Part shown: piece after piece, positions 19,901 through 34,900 of the stretch
How positions within the stretch are numbered: the first letter of the stretch is position 1
Layout of the letters: each line of letters begins with the position of its first letter
NCBI GenBank assembly: GCA_047495785.1
Contig: JBLDXI010000031.1
Span: 1,984,001-2,048,000 of the forward strand
Direction: 5' to 3'
DNA length: 64,000 nt
Origin: Lepidodermella squamata
Lineage: Eukaryota; Animalia; Gastrotricha
Translations under genes and position numbers: made by a program
The notes under the pieces: model-generated
Databases searched by the model: none
Seen by the model: the letters and a program-made list of their open reading frames with translations, nothing else
Told to the model about the DNA's origin: nothing

Positions 19901-22900
19901 CGATTCGGGCACATCTCAGGTGACGCCTATTTCGCTGCAAGCCGCAGGAGGCTGGAATCGTTGTGTTCAGCCCTTGTACGTACCGCAGCTATGCGGAAAC
20001 GGGCTGAAACCAGGTGAACCATGCACATTCGCGCTTCATTCGATCGCGGCAGCAAGCGCAAACACGTTTGCAGCCGATACGCGCATATTTCGGGTGACCG
20101 ATATTTCGCTGGCAGCCATAACAGGCTGAAACCGCTGTTTTCGCCACTTGCCCGTGTCGCCGCGGTTCGGCATCGTGCCCAACCAGTGCAAATCACTCAT
20201 GTTCGTGTGTCATTCGTTTGTGGCAGCAACGCCATGCACGTTTGCAGGCGATTCGGGCACATCTCAGGTGACGCCTATTTCGCTGCAAGCCGCAGGAGGC
20301 TGGAATCGTTGTGTTCAGCCCTTGTACGTACCGCAGCTATGCGGAAACGGGCTGAAACCAGGTGAACCATGCACATTCGCGCTTCATTCGATCGCGGCAG
20401 CAAGCGCAAACACGTTTGCAGCCGATACGCGCATATTTCGGGTGACCGATATTTCGCTGGCAGCCATAACAGGCTGAAACCGCTGTTTTCGCCACTTGCC
20501 CGTGTCGCCGCGGTTCGGCATCGTGCCCAACCAGTGCAAATCACTCATGTTCGTGTGTCATTCGTTTGTGGCAGCAACGCCATGCACGTTTGCAGGCGAT
20601 TCGGGCACATCTCAGGTGACGCCTATTTCGCTGCAAGCCGCAGGAGGCTGGAATCGTTGTGTTCAGCCCTTGTACGTACCGCAGCTATGCGGAAACGGGC
20701 TGAAACCAGGTGAACCATGCACATTCGCGCTTCATTCGATAGCGGCAGCAAGCGCAAACACGTTTGCAGCCGATACGCGCATATTTCTGATGACCGATAT
20801 TTCGCTGGCAGCCATAACAGGCTGAAACCGCTGTTTTCGCCACTTGCCCGTGTCGCCGCGGTTCGGCATCGTGCCCAACCAGTGCAAATCACTCATGTTC
20901 GTGTGTCATTCGTTTGTGGCAGCAACGCCATGCACGTTTGCAGGCGATTCGGGCACATCTCAGGTGACGCCTATTTCGCTGCAAGCCGCAGGAGGCTGGA
21001 ATCGTTGTGTTCAGCCCTTGTACGTACCGCAGCTATGCGGAAACGGGCTGAAACCAGGTGAACCATGCACATTCGCGCTTCATTCGATCGCGGCAGCAAG
21101 CGCAAACACGTTTGCAGCCGATACGCGCATATTTCGGGTGACCGATATTTCGCTGGCAGCCATAACAGGCTGAAACCGCTGTTTTCGCCACTTGCCCGTG
21201 TCGCCGCGGTTCGGCATCGTGCCCAACCAGTGCAAATCACTCATGTTCGTGTGTCATTCGTTTGTGGCAGCAACGCCATGCACGTTTGCAGGCGATTCGG
21301 GCACATCTCAGGTGACGCCTATTTCGCTGCAAGCCGCAGGAGGCTGGAATCGTTGTGTTCAGCCCTTGTACGTACCGCAGCTATGCGGAAACGGGCTGAA
21401 ACCAGGTGAACCATGCACATTCGCGCTTCATTCGATCGCGGCAGCAAGCGCAAACACGTTCGCAGCCGATAGGCGCATATTTCGGATGACCGATATTTCG
21501 CTGGCAGCCATAACAGGCTGAAACCGCTGTTTTCGCCACTGCCCGTGTCGCCGCGGTTCGGCATCGTGCCCAACCAGTGCAAATCACTCATGTTCGTGTG
21601 TCATTCGTTTGTGGCAGCAACGCCATGCACGTTTGCAGGCGATTCGGGCACATCTCAGGTGACGCCTATTTCGCTGCAAGACGCAGGAGGCTGGAATCGT
21701 TGTGTTCAGCCCTTGTACGTACCGCAGCTATGCGGAAACGGACTGAAACCAGGTAAACCATGCACATTCGCGCTTCATTCGATCGCGGCAGCAAGCGCAA
21801 ACACGTTCGCAGCCGATACGCGCATATTCCGGGTGACCGATATTTCGCTGGCAGCCATAACAGGCTGAAACCGCTGTTTTCGCCACTTGCCCGTGTCGCC
21901 GCGGTTCGGCATCGTGCCCAACCAGTGCAAATCACTCATGTTCGTGTGTCATTCGTTTGTGGCAGCAACGCCATGCACGTTTGCAGGCGATTCGGGCACA
22001 TCTCAGGTGACGCCTATTTCGCTGCAAGCCGCAGGAGGCTGGAATCGTTGTGTTCAGCCCTTGTACGTACCGCAGCTATGCGGAAACGGGCTGAAACCAG
22101 GTGAACCATGCACATTCGCGCTTCATTCGATCGCGGCAGCAAGCGCAAACACGTTCGCAGCCGATACGCGCATATTTCGGATGACCGATATTTCGCTGGC
22201 AGCCATAACAGGCTGAAACCGCTGTTTTCGCCACTTGCCCGTGTCGCCGCGGTTCGGCATCGTGCCCAACCAGTGCAAATCACTCATGTTCGTGTGTCAT
22301 TCGTTTGTGGCAGCAACGCCATGCACGTTTGCAGGCGATTCGGGCACATCTCAGGTGACGCCTATTTCGCTGCAAGCCGCAGGAGGCTGGAATCGTTGTG
22401 TTCAGCCCTTGTACGTACCGCAGCTATGCGGAAACGGGCTGAAACCAGGTGAACCATGCACATTCGCGCTTCATTCGATAGCGGCAGCAAGCGCAAACAC
22501 GTTTGCAGCCGATACGCGCATATTTCTGATGACCGATATTTCGCTGGCAGCCATAACAGGCTGAAACCGCTGTTTTCGCCACTTGCCCGTGTCGCCGCGG
22601 TTCGGCATCGTGCCCAACCAGTGCAAATCACTCATGTTCGTGTGTCATTCGTTTGTGGCAGCAACGCCATGCACGTTTGCAGGCGATTCGGGCACATCTC
22701 AGGTGACGCCTATTTCGCTGCAAGCCGCAGGAGGCTGGAATCGTTGTGTTCAGCCCTTGTACGTACCGCAGCTATGCGGAAACGGGCTGAAACCAGGTGA
22801 ACCATGCACATTCGCGCTTCATTCGATCGCGGCAGCAAGCGCAAACACGTTTGCAGCCGATACGCGCATATTTCGGGTGACCGATATTTCGCTGGCAGCC

Positions 22901-25900
22901 ATAACAGGCTGAAACCGCTGTTTTCGCCACTTGCCCGTGTCGCCGCGGTTCGGCATCGTGCCCAACCAGTGCAAATCACTCATGTTCGTGTGTCATTCGT
23001 TTGTGGCAGCAACGCCATGCACGTTTGCAGGCGATTCGGGCACATCTCAGGTGACGCCTATTTCGCTGCAAGCCGCAGGAGGCTGGAATCGTTGTGTTCA
23101 GCCCTTGTACGTACCGCAGCTATGCGGAAACGGGCTGAAACCAGGTGAACCATGCACATTCGCGCTTCATTCGATCGCGGCAGCAAGCGCAAACACGTTC
23201 GCAGCCGATAGGCGCATATTTCGGATGACCGATATTTCGCTGGCAGCCATAACAGGCTGAAACCGCTGTTTTCGCCACTGCCCGTGTCGCCGCGGTTCGG
23301 CATCGTGCCCAACCAGTGCAAATCACTCATGTTCGTGTGTCATTCGTTTGTGGCAGCAACGCCATGCACGTTTGCAGGCGATTCGGGCACATCTCAGGTG
23401 ACGCCTATTTCGCTGCAAGCCGCAGGAGGCTGGAATCGTTGTGTTCAGCCCTTGTACGTACCGCAGCTATGCGGAAACGGGCTGAAACCAGGTGAACCAT
23501 GCACATTCGCGCTTCATTCGATCGCGGCAGCAAGCGCAAACACGTTCGCAGCCGATAGGCGCATATTTCGGATGACCGATATTTCGCTGGCAGCCATAAC
23601 AGGCTGAAACCGCTGTTTTCGCCACTGCCCGTGTCGCCGCGGTTCGGCATCGTGCCCAACCAGTGCAAATCACTCATGTTCGTGTGTCATTCGTTTGTGG
23701 CAGCAACGCCATGCACGTTTGCAGGCGATTCGGGCACATCTCAGGTGACGCCTATTTCGCTGCAAGCCGCAGGAGGCTGGAATCGTTGTGTTCAGCCCTT
23801 GTACGTACCGCAGCTATGCGGAAACGGGCTGAAACCAGGTGAACCATGCACATTCGCGCTTCATTCGATCGCGGCAGCAAGCGCAAACACGTTCGCAGCC
23901 GATACGCGCATATTTCGGATGACCGATATTTCGCTGGCAGCCATAACAGGCTGAAACCGCTGTTTTCGCCACTTGCCCGTGTCGCCGCGGTTCGGCATCG
24001 TGCCCAACCAGTGCAAATCACTCATGTTCGTGTGTCATTCGTTTGTGGCAGCAACGCCATGCACGTTTGCAGGCGATTCGGGCACATCTCAGGTGACGCC
24101 TATTTCGCTGCAAGCCGCAGGAGGCTGGAATCGTTGTGTTCAGCCCTTGTACGTACCGCAGCTATGCGGAAACGGGCTGAAACCAGGTGAACCATGCACA
24201 TTCGCGCTTCATTCGATAGCGGCAGCAAGCGCAAACACGTTTGCAGCCGATACGCGCATATTTCTGATGACCGATATTTCGCTGGCAGCCATAACAGGCT
24301 GAAACCGCTGTTTTCGCCACTTGCCCGTGTCGCCGCGGTTCGGCATCGTGCCCAACCAGTGCAAATCACTCATGTTCGTGTGTCATTCGTTTGTGGCAGC
24401 AACGCCATGCACGTTTGCAGGCGATTCGGGCACATCTCAGGTGACGCCTATTTCGCTGCAAGCCGCAGGAGGCTGGAATCGTTGTGTTCAGCCCTTGTAC
24501 GTACCGCAGCTATGCGGAAACGGGCTGAAACCAGGTGAACCATGCACATTCGCGCTTCATTCGATCGCGGCAGCAAGCGCAAACACGTTTGCAGCCGATA
24601 CGCGCATATTTCGGGTGACCGATATTTCGCTGGCAGCCATAACAGGCTGAAACCGCTGTTTTCGCCACTTGCCCGTGTCGCCGCGGTTCGGCATCGTGCC
24701 CAACCAGTGCAAATCACTCATGTTCGTGTGTCATTCGTTTGTGGCAGCAACGCCATGCACGTTTGCAGGCGATTCGGGCACATCTCAGGTGACGCCTATT
24801 TCGCTGCAAGCCGCAGGAGGCTGGAATCGTTGTGTTCAGCCCTTGTACGTACCGCAGCTATGCGGAAACGGGCTGAAACCAGGTGAACCATGCACATTCG
24901 CGCTTCATTCGATAGCGGCAGCAAGCGCAAACACGTTTGCAGCCGATACGCGCATATTTCTGATGACCGATATTTCGCTGGCAGCCATAACAGGCTGAAA
25001 CCGCTGTTTTCGCCACTTGCCCGTGTCGCCGCGGTTCGGCATCGTGCCCAACCAGTGCAAATCACTCATGTTCGTGTGTCATTCGTTTGTGGCAGCAACG
25101 CCATGCACGTTTGCAGGCGATTCGGGCACATCTCAGGTGACGCCTATTTCGCTGCAAGCCGCAGGAGGCTGGAATCGTTGTGTTCAGCCCTTGTACGTAC
25201 CGCAGCTATGCGGAAACGGGCTGAAACCAGGTGAACCATGCACATTCGCGCTTCATTCGATAGCGGCAGCAAGCGCAAACACGTTTGCAGCCGATACGCG
25301 CATATTTCTGATGACCGATATTTCGCTGGCAGCCATAACAGGCTGAAACCGCTGTTTTCGCCACTTGCCCGTGTCGCCGCGGTTCGGCATCGTGCCCAAC
25401 CAGTGCAAATCACTCATGTTCGTGTGTCATTCGTTTGTGGCAGCAACGCCATGCACGTTTGCAGGCGATTCGGGCACATCTCAGGTGACGCCTATTTCGC
25501 TGCAAGCCGCAGGAGGCTGGAATCGTTGTGTTCAGCCCTTGTACGTACCGCAGCTATGCGGAAACGGGCTGAAACCAGGTGAACCATGCACATTCGCGCT
25601 TCATTCGATCGCGGCAGCAAGCGCAAACACGTTTGCAGCCGATACGCGCATATTTCGGGTGACCGATATTTCGCTGGCAGCCATAACAGGCTGAAACCGC
25701 TGTTTTCGCCACTTGCCCGTGTCGCCGCGGTTCGGCATCGTGCCCAACCAGTGCAAATCACTCATGTTCGTGTGTCATTCGTTTGTGGCAGCAACGCCAT
25801 GCACGTTTGCAGGCGATTCGGGCACATCTCAGGTGACGCCTATTTCGCTGCAAGCCGCAGGAGGCTGGAATCGTTGTGTTCAGCCCTTGTACGTACCGCA

Positions 25901-28900
25901 GCTATGCGGAAACGGGCTGAAACCAGGTGAACCATGCACATTCGCGCTTCATTCGATAGCGGCAGCAAGCGCAAACACGTTTGCAGCCGATACGCGCATA
26001 TTTCTGATGACCGATATTTCGCTGGCAGCCATAACAGGCTGAAACCGCTGTTTTCGCCACTTGCCCGTGTCGCCGCGGTTCGGCATCGTGCCCAACCAGT
26101 GCAAATCACTCATGTTCGTGTGTCATTCGTTTGTGGCAGCAACGCCATGCACGTTTGCAGGCGATTCGGGCACATCTCAGGTGACGCCTATTTCGCTGCA
26201 AGCCGCAGGAGGCTGGAATCGTTGTGTTCAGCCCTTGTACGTACCGCAGCTATGCGGAAACGGGCTGAAACCAGGTGAACCATGCACATTCGCGCTTCAT
26301 TCGATCGCGGCAGCAAGCGCAAACACGTTTGCAGCCGATACGCGCATATTTCGGGTGACCGATATTTCGCTGGCAGCCATAACAGGCTGAAACCGCTGTT
26401 TTCGCCACTTGCCCGTGTCGCCGCGGTTCGGCATCGTGCCCAACCAGTGCAAATCACTCATGTTCGTGTGTCATTCGTTTGTGGCAGCAACGCCATGCAC
26501 GTTTGCAGGCGATTCGGGCACATCTCAGGTGACGCCTATTTCGCTGCAAGCCGCAGGAGGCTGGAATCGTTGTGTTCAGCCCTTGTACGTACCGCAGCTA
26601 TGCGGAAACGGGCTGAAACCAGGTGAACCATGCACATTCGCGCTTCATTCGATAGCGGCAGCAAGCGCAAACACGTTCGCAGCCGATAGGCGCATATTTC
26701 GGATGACCGATATTTCGCTGGCAGCCATAACGGGCTGAAACCGCTGTTTTCGCCACTTGCCCGTGTCGCCGCGGTTCGGCATCGTGCCCAACCAGTGCAA
26801 ATCACTCATGTTCGTGTGTCATTCGTTTGTGGCAGCAACGCCATGCACGTTTGCAGGCGATTCGGGCACATCTCAGGTGACGCCTATTTCGCTGCAAGCC
26901 GCAGGAGGCTGGAATCGTTGTGTTCAGCCCTTGTACGTACCGCAGCTATGCGGAAACGGGCTGAAACCAGGTGAACCATGCACATTCGCGCTTCATTCGA
27001 TCGCGGCAGCAAGCGCAAACACGTTCGCAGCCGATAGGCGCATATTTCGGATGACCGATATTTCGCTGGCAGCCATAACAGGCTGAAACCGCTGTTTTCG
27101 CCACTTGCCCGTGTCGCCGCGGTTCGGCATCGTGCCCAACCAGTGCAAATCACTCATGTTTGTGTGTCATTCGTTTGTGGCAGCAACGCCATGCACGTTT
27201 GCAGGCGATTCGGGCACATCTCAGGTGACGCCTATTTCGCTGCAAGCCGCAGGAGGCTGGAATCGTTGTGTTCCGCTCTTGTACGTACCGCAGCTATGCG
27301 GAAACGGGCTGAAACCAGGTGAACCATGCACATTCGCGCTTCATTCGATCGCGGCAGCAAGCGCAAACACGTTCGCAGCCGATAGGCGCATATTTCGGAT
27401 GACCGATATTTCGCTGGCAGCCATAACAGGCTGAAACCGCTGTTTTCGCCACTTGCCCGTGTCGCCGCGGTTCGGCATCGTGCCCAACCAGTGCAAATCA
27501 CTCATGTTCGTGTGTCATTCGTTTGTGGCAGCAACGCCATGCACGTTTGCAGGCGATTCGGGTACATCTCAGGTGACGCCTATTTCGCTGCAAGACGCAG
27601 GAGGCTGGAATCGTTGTGTTCCGCTCTTGTACGTACCGCAGCTATGCGGAAACGGGCTGAAACCAGGTAAACCATGCACATTCGCGCTTCATTCGATAGC
27701 GGCAGCAAGCGCAAACACGTTTGCAGCCGATACGCGCATATTTCTGATGACCGATATTTCGCTGCCAGCCATAACAGGCTGAAACCGCTGTTTTCGCCAC
27801 TTGCCCGTGTCGCCGCGGTTTGGCATCGTGCCCAACCAGTGCAAATCACTCATGTTCGTGTGTCATTCGTTTGTGGCAGCAACGCCATGCACGTTTGCAG
27901 GCGATTCGGGCACATCTCAGGTGACGCCTATTTCGCTGCAAGCCGCAGAAGGCTGGAATCGTTGTGCTCAGCCCATGTGCGTACCGCAGCTATGCGGAAA
28001 CGGACTGAAACCAGGTAAACCATGCACATTCGCGCTTCATTCGATAGCGGCAGCAAGCGCAAACACGTTTGCAGCCGATACGCGCATATTTCTGATGACC
28101 GATATTTCGCTGGCAGCCATAACAGGCTGAAACCGCTGTTTTCGCCACTTGCCCGTGTCGCCGCGGTTCGGCATCGTGCCCAACCAGTGCAAATCACTCA
28201 TGTTCGTGTGTCATTCGTTTGTGGCAGCAACGCCATGCACGTTTGCAGGCGATTCGGGCACATCTCAGGTGACGCCTATTTCGCTGCAAGCCGCAGGAGG
28301 CTGGAATCGTTGTGTTCAGCCCTTGTACGTACCGCAGCTATGCGGAAACGGGCTGAAACCAGGTGAACCATGCACATTCGCGCTTCATTCGATCGCGGCA
28401 GCAAGCGCAAACACGTTTGCAGCCGATACGCGCATATTTCTGATGACCGATATTTCGCTGGCAGCCATAACAGGCTGAAACCGCTGTTTTCGCCACTTGC
28501 TCGTGTCGCCGCGGTTCGGCATCGTGCCCAACCAGTGCAAATCACTCATGTTCGTGTGTCATTCGTTTGTGGCAGCAACGCCATGCACGTTTGCAGGCGA
28601 TTCGGGCACATCTCAGGTGACGCCTATTTCGCTGCAAGCCGCAGAAGGCTGGAATCGTTGTGCTCAGCTCTTGTACGTACCGCAGCTATGCGGAAACGGG
28701 CTGAAACCAGGTTAACCATGCACATTCGCGCTTCATTCGATAGCGGCAGCAAGCGCAAACACGTTTGCAGCCGATACGCGCATATTTCTGATGACCGATA
28801 TTTCGCTGCCAGCCATAACAGGCTGAAACCGCTGTTTTCGCTACTTGCCCGTGTCGCCGCGGTTTGGCATCGTGCCCAACCAGTGCAAATCACTCATGTT

Positions 28901-31900
28901 CGTGTGTCATTCGTTTGTGGCAGCAACGCCATGCACGTTTGCAGGCGATTCGGGCACATCTCAGGTGACGCCTATTTCGCTGCAAGCCGCAGAAGGCTGG
29001 AATCGTTGTGCTCAGCCCATGTGCGTACCGCAGCTATGCGGAAACGGACTGAAACCAGGTAAACCATGCACATTCGCGCTTCATTCGATAGCGGCAGCAA
29101 GCGCAAACACGTTTGCAGCCGATACGCGCATATTTCTGATGACCGATATTTCGCTGGCAGCCATAACAGGCTGAAACCGCTGTTTTCGCCACTTGCCCGT
29201 GTCGCCGCGGTTCGGCATCGTGCCCAACCAGTGCAAATCACTCATGTTCGTGTGTCATTCGTTTGTGGCAGCAACGCCATGCACGTTTGCAGGCGATTCG
29301 GGCACATCTCAGGTGACGCCTATTTCGCTGCAAGCCGCAGAAGGCTGGAATCGTTGTGCTCAGCCCTTGTACGTACCGCAGCTATGCGGAAACGGGCTGA
29401 AACCAGGTAAACCATGCACATTCGCGCTTCATTCGATAGCGGCAGCAAGCGCAAACACGTTCGCAGCCGATACGCGCATATTTCTGATGACCGATATTTC
29501 GCTGGCAGCCATAACAGGCTGAAACCGCTGTTTTCGCCACTTGCCCGTGTCGCCGCGGTTCGGCATCGTGCCCAACCAGTGCAAATCACTCATGTTCGTG
29601 TGTCATTCGTTTGTGGCAGCAACGCCATGCACGTTTGCAGGCGATTCGGGCACATCTCAGGTGACGCCTATTTCGCTGCAAGCCGCAGAAGGCTGGAATC
29701 GTTGTGCTCAGCCCTTGTACGTACCGCAGCTATGCGGAAACGGGCTGAAACCAGGTAAACCATGCACATTCGCGCTTCATTCGATAGCGGCAGCAAGCGC
29801 AAACACGTTCGCAGCCGATACGCGCATATTTCTGATGACCGATATTTCGCTGGCAGCCATAACAGGCTGAAACCGCTGTTTTCGCCACTTGCCCGTGTCG
29901 CCGCGGTTCGGCATCGTGCCCAACCAGTGCAAATCACTCATGTTCGTGTGTCATTCGTTTGTGGCAGCAACGCCATGCACGTTTGCAGGCGATTCGGGCA
30001 CATCTCAGGTGACGCCTATTTCGCTGCAAGCCGCAGAAGGCTGGAATCGTTGTGCTCAGCCCTTGTACGTACCGCAGCTATGCGGAAACGGGCTGAAACC
30101 AGGTAAACCCTGCACATTCGCGCTTCATTCGATCGCGGCAGCAAGCGCAAACACGTTTGCAGCCGATACGCGCATATTTCTGATGACCGATATTTCGCTG
30201 GCAGCCATAACAGGCTGAAACCGCTGTTTTCGCCACTTGCTCGTGTCGCCGCGGTTCGGCATCGTGCCCAACCAGTGCAAATCACTCATGTTCGTGTGTC
30301 ATTCGTTTGTGGCAGCAACGCCATGCACGTTTGCAGGCGATTCGGGCACATCTCAGGTGACGCCTATTTCGCTGCAAGCCGCAGAAGGCTGGAATCGTTG
30401 TGCTCAGCCCTTGTACGTACCGCAGCTATGCGGAAACGGGCTGAAACCAGGTAAACCATGCACATTCGCGCTTCATTCGATAGCGGCAGCAAGGGCAAAC
30501 ACGTTTGCAGCCGATACGCGCATATTTCTGATGACCGATATTTCGCTGGCAGCCATAACAGGCTGAAACCGCTGTTTTCGCCACTTGCCCGTGTCGCCGC
30601 GGTTCGGCATCGTGCCCAACCAGTGCAAATCACTCATGTTCGTGTGTCATTCGTTTGTGGCAGCAACGCCATGCACGTTTGCAGGCGATTCGGGCACATC
30701 TCAGGTGACGCCTATTTCGCTGCAAGCCGCAGGAGGCTGGAATCGTTGTGTTCAGCCCTTGTACGTACCGCAGCTATGCGGAAACGGGCTGAAACCAGGT
30801 GAACCATGCACATTCGCGCTTCATTCGATCGCGGCAGCAAGCGCAAACACGTTTGCAGCCGATACGCGCATATTCCGGGTGACCGATATTTCGCTGCCAG
30901 CCATAACAGGCTGAAACCGCTGTTTTCGCCACTTGCCCGTGTCGCCGCGGTTTGGCATCGTGCCCAACCAGTGCAAATCACTCATGTTCGTGTGTCATTC
31001 GTTTGTGGCAGCAACGCCATGCACGTTTGCAGGCGATTCGGGCACATCTCAGGTGACGCCTATTTCGCTGCAAGCCGCAGAAGGCTGGAATCGTTGTGTT
31101 CAGCTCTTGTACGTACCGCAGCTATGCGGAAACGGGCTGAAACCAGGTAAACCATGCACATTCGCGCTTCATTCGATAGCGGCAGCAAGCGCAAACACGT
31201 TCGCAGCCGATACGCGCATATTCCGGGTGACCGATATTTCGCTGCCAGCCATAACAGGCTGAAACCGCTGTTTTCGCCACTTGCCCGTGTCGCCGCGGTT
31301 CGGCATCGTGCCCAACCAGTGCAAATCACTCATGTTCGTGTGTCATTCGTTTGTGGCAGCAACGCCATGCACGTTTGCAGGCGATTCGGGCACATCTCAG
31401 GTGACGCCTATTTCGCTGCAAGCCGCAGAAGGCTGGAATCGTTGTGTTCAGCTCTTGTACGTACCGCAGCTATGCGGAAACGGGCTGAAACCAGGTAAAC
31501 CATGCACATTCGCGCTTCATTCGATAGCGGCAGCAAGCGCAAACACGTTTGCAGCCGATACGCGCATATTCCGGGTGACCGATATTTCGCTGGCAGCCAT
31601 AACAGGCTGAAACCGCTGTTTTCGCCACTTGCCCGTGTCGCCGCGGTTCGGCATCGTGCCCAACCAGTGCAAATCACTCATGTTCGTGTGTCATTCGTTT
31701 GTGGCAGCAACGCCATGCACGTTTGCAGGCGATTCGGGCACATCTCAGGTGACGCCTATTTCGCTGCAAGCCGCAGGAGGCTGGAATCGTTGTGTTCAGC
31801 CCTTGTACGTACCGCAGCTATGCGGAAACGGGCTGAAACCAGGTGAACCATGCACATTCGCGCTTCATTCGATCGCGGCAGCAAGCGCAAACACGTTCGC

Positions 31901-34900
31901 AGCCGATACGCGCATATTTCGGATGACCGATATTTCGCTGGCAGCCATAACAGGCTGAAACCGCTGTTTTCGCCACTTGCCCGTGTCGCCGCGGTTCGGC
32001 ATCGTGCCCAACCAGTGCAAATCACTCATGTTCGTGTGTCATTCGTTTGTGGCAGCAACGCCATGCACGTTTGCAGGCGATTCGGGCACATCTCAGGTGA
32101 CGCCTATTTCGCTGCAAGCCGCAGAAGGCTGGAATCGTTGTGTTCAGCTCTTGTACGTACCGCAGCTATGCGGAAACGGGCTGAAACCAGGTAAACCATG
32201 CACATTCGCGCTTCATTCGATAGCGGCAGCAAGCGCAAACACGTTTGCAGCCGATACGCGCATATTCCGGGTGACCGATATTTCGCTGGCAGCCATAACA
32301 GGCTGAAACCGCTGTTTTCGCCACTTGCCCGTGTCGCCGCGGTTCGGCATCGTGCCCAACCAGTGCAAATCACTCATGTTCGTGTGTCATTCGTTTGTGG
32401 CAGCAACGCCATGCACGTTTGCAGGCGATTCGGGCACATCTCAGGTGACGCCTATTTCGCTGCAAGCCGCAGGAGGCTGGAATCGTTGTGTTCAGCCCTT
32501 GTACGTACCGCAGCTATGCGGAAACGGGCTGAAACCAGGTGAACCATGCACATTCGCGCTTCATTCGATAGCGGCAGCAAGCGCAAACACGTTCGCAGCC
32601 GATACGCGCATATTCCGGGTGACCGATATTTCGCTGGAAGCCATAACAGGCTGAAACCGCTGTTTTCGCCACTTGCCCGTGTCGCCGCGGTTCGGCATCG
32701 TGCCCAACCAGTGCACATCACTCATGTTCGTGTGTCATTCGTTTGTGGCAGCAACGCCATGCACGTTTGCAGGCGATTCGGGCACATCTCAGGTGACGCC
32801 TATTTCGCTGCAAGCCGCAGAAGGCTGGAATCGTTGTGTTCAGCTCTTGTACGTACCGCAGCTATGCGGAAACGGGCTGAAACCAGGTAAACCATGCACA
32901 TTTGCGCTTCATTCGATAGCGGCAGCAAGCGCAAACACGTTCGCAGCCGATACGCGCATATTTCTGATGACCGATATTTCGCTGGCAGCCATAACAGGCT
33001 GAAACCGCTGTTTTCGCCACTTGCCCGTGTCGCCGCGGTTCGGCATCGTGCCCAACCAGTGCAAATCACTCATGTTCGTGTGTCATTCGTTTGTGGCAGC
33101 AACGCCATGCACGTTTGCAGGCGATTCGGGCACATCTCAGGTGACGCCTATTTCGCTGCAAGCCGCAGAAGGCTGGAATCGTTGTGCTCAGCTCTTGTAC
33201 GTACCGCAGCTATGCGGAAACGGGCTGAAACCAGGTAAACCATGCACATTCGCGCTTCATTCGATAGCGGCAGCAAGCGCAAACACGTTTGCAGCCGATA
33301 CGCGCATATTCCGGGTGACCGATATTTCGCTGGAAGCCATAACAGGCTGAAACCGCTGTTTTCGCCACTTGCCCGTGTCGCCGCGGTTCGGCATCGTGCC
33401 CAACCAGTGCAAATCACTCATGTTCGTGTGTCATTCGTTTGTGGCAGCAACGCCATGCACGTTTGCAGGCGATTCGGGCACATCTCAGGTGACGCCTATT
33501 TCGCTGCAAGCCGCAGGAGGCTGGAATCGTTGTGTTCAGCCCTTGTACGTACCGCAGCTATGCGGAAACGGGCTGAAACCAGGTGAACCATGCACATTCG
33601 CGCTTCATTCGATAGCGGCAGCAAGCGCAAACACGTTCGCAGCCGATACGCGCATATTCCGGGTGACCGATATTTCGCTGGAAGCCATAACAGGCTGAAA
33701 CCGCTGTTTTCGCCACTTGCCCGTGTCGCCGCGGTTCGGCATCGTGCCCAACCAGTGCACATCACTCATGTTCGTGTGTCATTCGTTTGTGGCAGCAACG
33801 CCATGCACGTTTGCAGGCGATTCGGGCACATCTCAGGTGACGCCTATTTCGCTGCAAGCCGCAGAAGGCTGGAATCGTTGTGTTCAGCTCTTGTACGTAC
33901 CGCAGCTATGCGGAAACGGGCTGAAACCAGGTAAACCATGCACATTTGCGCTTCATTCGATAGCGGCAGCAAGCGCAAACACGTTCGCAGCCGATACGCG
34001 CATATTTCTGATGACCGATATTTCGCTGGCAGCCATAACAGGCTGAAACCGCTGTTTTCGCCACTTGCCCGTGTCGCCGCGGTTCGGCATCGTGCCCAAC
34101 CAGTGCAAATCACTCATGTTCGTGTGTCATTCGTTTGTGGCAGCAACGCCATGCACGTTTGCAGGCGATTCGGGCACATCTCAGGTGACGCCTATTTCGC
34201 TGCAAGCCGCAGAAGGCTGGAATCGTTGTGCTCAGCTCTTGTACGTACCGCAGCTATGCGGAAACGGGCTGAAACCAGGTAAACCCTGCACATTCGCGCT
34301 TCATTCGATAGCGGCAGCAAGCGCAAACACGTTCGCAGCCGATACGCGCATATTTCTGATGACCGATATTTCGCTGGCAGCCATAACAGGCTGAAACCGC
34401 TGTTTTCGCCACTTGCCCGTGTCGCCGCGGTTCGGCATCGTGCCCAACCAGTGCAAATCACTCATGTTCGTGTGTCATTCGTTTGTGGCAGCAACGCCAT
34501 GCACGTTTGCAGGCGATTCGGGCACATCTCAGGTGACGCCTATTTCGCTGCAAGACGCAGGAGGCTGGAATCGTTGTGTTCAGCTCTTGTACGTACCGCA
34601 GCTATGCGGAAACGGACTGAAACCAGGTAAACCATGCACATTCGCGCTTCATTCGATAGCGGCAGCAAGCGCAAACACGTTTGCAGCCGATACGCGCATA
34701 TTTCTGATGACCGATATTTCGCTGGCAGCCATAACAGGCTGAAACCGCTGTTTTCGCCACTTGCCCGTGTCGCCGCGGTTCGGCATCGTGCCCAACCAGT
34801 GCAAATCACTCATGTTCGTGTGTCATTCGTTTGTGGCAGCAACGCCATGCACGTTTGCAGGCGATTCGGGCACATCTCAGGTGACGCCTATTTCGCTGCA

